Positions 62,501 to 64,000 of a stretch of 64,000 bases of DNA are shown here, one piece after another. The notes beneath the pieces were generated by a model. The model was not told where the DNA came from and ran no database searches. It saw nothing but the letters and a program-made list of their open reading frames with translations. The first letter of the stretch is position 1, and every line of letters begins with the position of its first letter. Both the position numbers and the translations under genes were made by a program. Location: positions 2,649,227 through 2,713,226 of the forward strand of contig JBNZDD010013687.1 of NCBI GenBank assembly GCA_050575255.1, given 5' to 3'. Origin of the DNA: Harriotta raleighana. Lineage: Eukaryota.

Positions 62501-64000
62501 TGATGCTCCTAGCACCTTTGCCTAACACTCAGAATCTTCCTTGTTGCTCTCTTCTGCACTGCCTCTTGATTCAAATTGCTTCCCCTTTGTCAGGCATATC
62601 ATATTGGAGCCAGATTATCCACCTCTCTCCCCAAGGGAATGGTCACGATTCATACATGTCCAAAGGCTACAATGAAGAGTTCAAATCCTAGCGAAGCCAA
62701 GTCTTTTTTTTGTAATCCTACATGTCGATGTGTGTTGATGAACTGCTTTACAAAAGAAATAGATTAGTATCTGGTTTGAAAATATAGGGAGCAAACACCC
62801 ACCAGGCTTTTGTGATCCAAGGCATGAGGGAATGTTGTCTGAAGAAAGGTGTAATCTAGGGATAAATAGGGATGATGTCCGGAAACATGTATATAGAATT
62901 ATCTAACAGAAGTCAGGGAATGATATGAAATTTACTGTAATTAAGTGTGGATAAGTAGTAGTAGTAGTGGATAAAGAATTACTGTACTGAAATTTCCTTT
63001 TGTAACCCTAAATCTGGATCCTCCTTGTGCTCCTCGGTGCATTTGAAAATGTTGCTCCAAATTAATTTGTTTATGTGGAAGGAGCAAACTTGAAGGATGA
63101 ATTTTTTTTCAAAACAAAACTGAGAATTACATGTATCCCACCTATACATTGGAACTTCCATGGAAACACTTCTGAGTGAGAATGTAATAAAAAATATGGG
63201 ATGCTTAAAAAATAAATAAAATATGCTTTCCCAATTTAAAATATAAATTAGTTTGGTATGTGTTTAGTTATTTAATATTTGTGCCAGTAGAAGGAATGTT
63301 ATAATTGTCTGAATGTTTGTGGCCAGGATTTAGAGGGTTACAACAAAAGCATGAGAGCAAAGTGATTCTAAATTGTTCAGAAACAAATCCTATGTCCTGC
63401 CTGTGTAATTGACATAATTCTCTAATAAAAAATACTCTTTTTACTCTAGTTTCATTTGCTTTCAAATGTTGCTTAGTTGTATAATCAGATAACGCAATTC
63501 AACAATGTTCTACGGTAGTGTATTTACTGATTTAAAGAAATAAAAATCCTGATCTTTGTTAGTGTGCTTTTAAATTGATCAGATTAACCTACGACAGAAA
63601 TCATGATATTATTAATGTGTTCTTTAGGATTTTTTCAATCAACAGTTTTTTTAAAACTATGAGGCAAAGATAGTGCAGGGGATTTTCTTGCAGGAAACAT
63701 TGCTATAATCTGCCCTAAATTGTACCATTTGCAACATGTCTGTCACTAAAACTTAATTAAATATGTTAAAAACTGTTTACTCACATTTGCTCACTGTTTA
63801 CTTCAAACGATGTAAAGGACTCAAATATAACCGTAACATAGGTGTCTAGGGAAATGCTAGGGGGTCAAAAAATTTAACCCACTGAGGAAAACTTGGTTTC
63901 TCCACTGCAATAAGAGACATTCTTTTTTCCGGGAGTAAATGGTTGCATTATGATGTTATTTATACCTCACCCAGTGTTCCAACAACTCTCCTATTCACAC

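Overview
This is eukaryotic, AT-rich, CpG-depleted vertebrate DNA, not prokaryotic. The repeat inventory (L2 and CR1 LINE 3' ends, Deu-domain SINEs, a tRNA/CORE/Deu chimeric SINE, LF-SINE-like and AmnSINE2-like relics, Penelope-type termini) points to a cartilaginous fish, possibly a holocephalan. That assignment is my inference from recalled consensus sequences, not a search result. The window looks like a large intron or intergenic region. No intact protein-coding gene is recognisable, and nearly all ORFs in the track are chance ORFs or shadows of decayed L2 ORF2. There is one degenerate reverse-transcriptase relic of a different non-LTR lineage (1.35-1.9 kb) and one hAT MITE. The best non-repeat leads are an RFX X-box plus triple CCAAT promoter-like module at 30.1 kb with downstream splice-site-bounded candidate exons (30.4, 36.9, 37.7 kb), several repeat-free blocks that look like conserved enhancers, a 26-bp inverted repeat at 49.2-49.4 kb and a 42-bp direct repeat at 54.4/55.8 kb. 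Two tandem duplications joined by a single N are probably assembly artefacts. I found no convincing novel multi-gene system.
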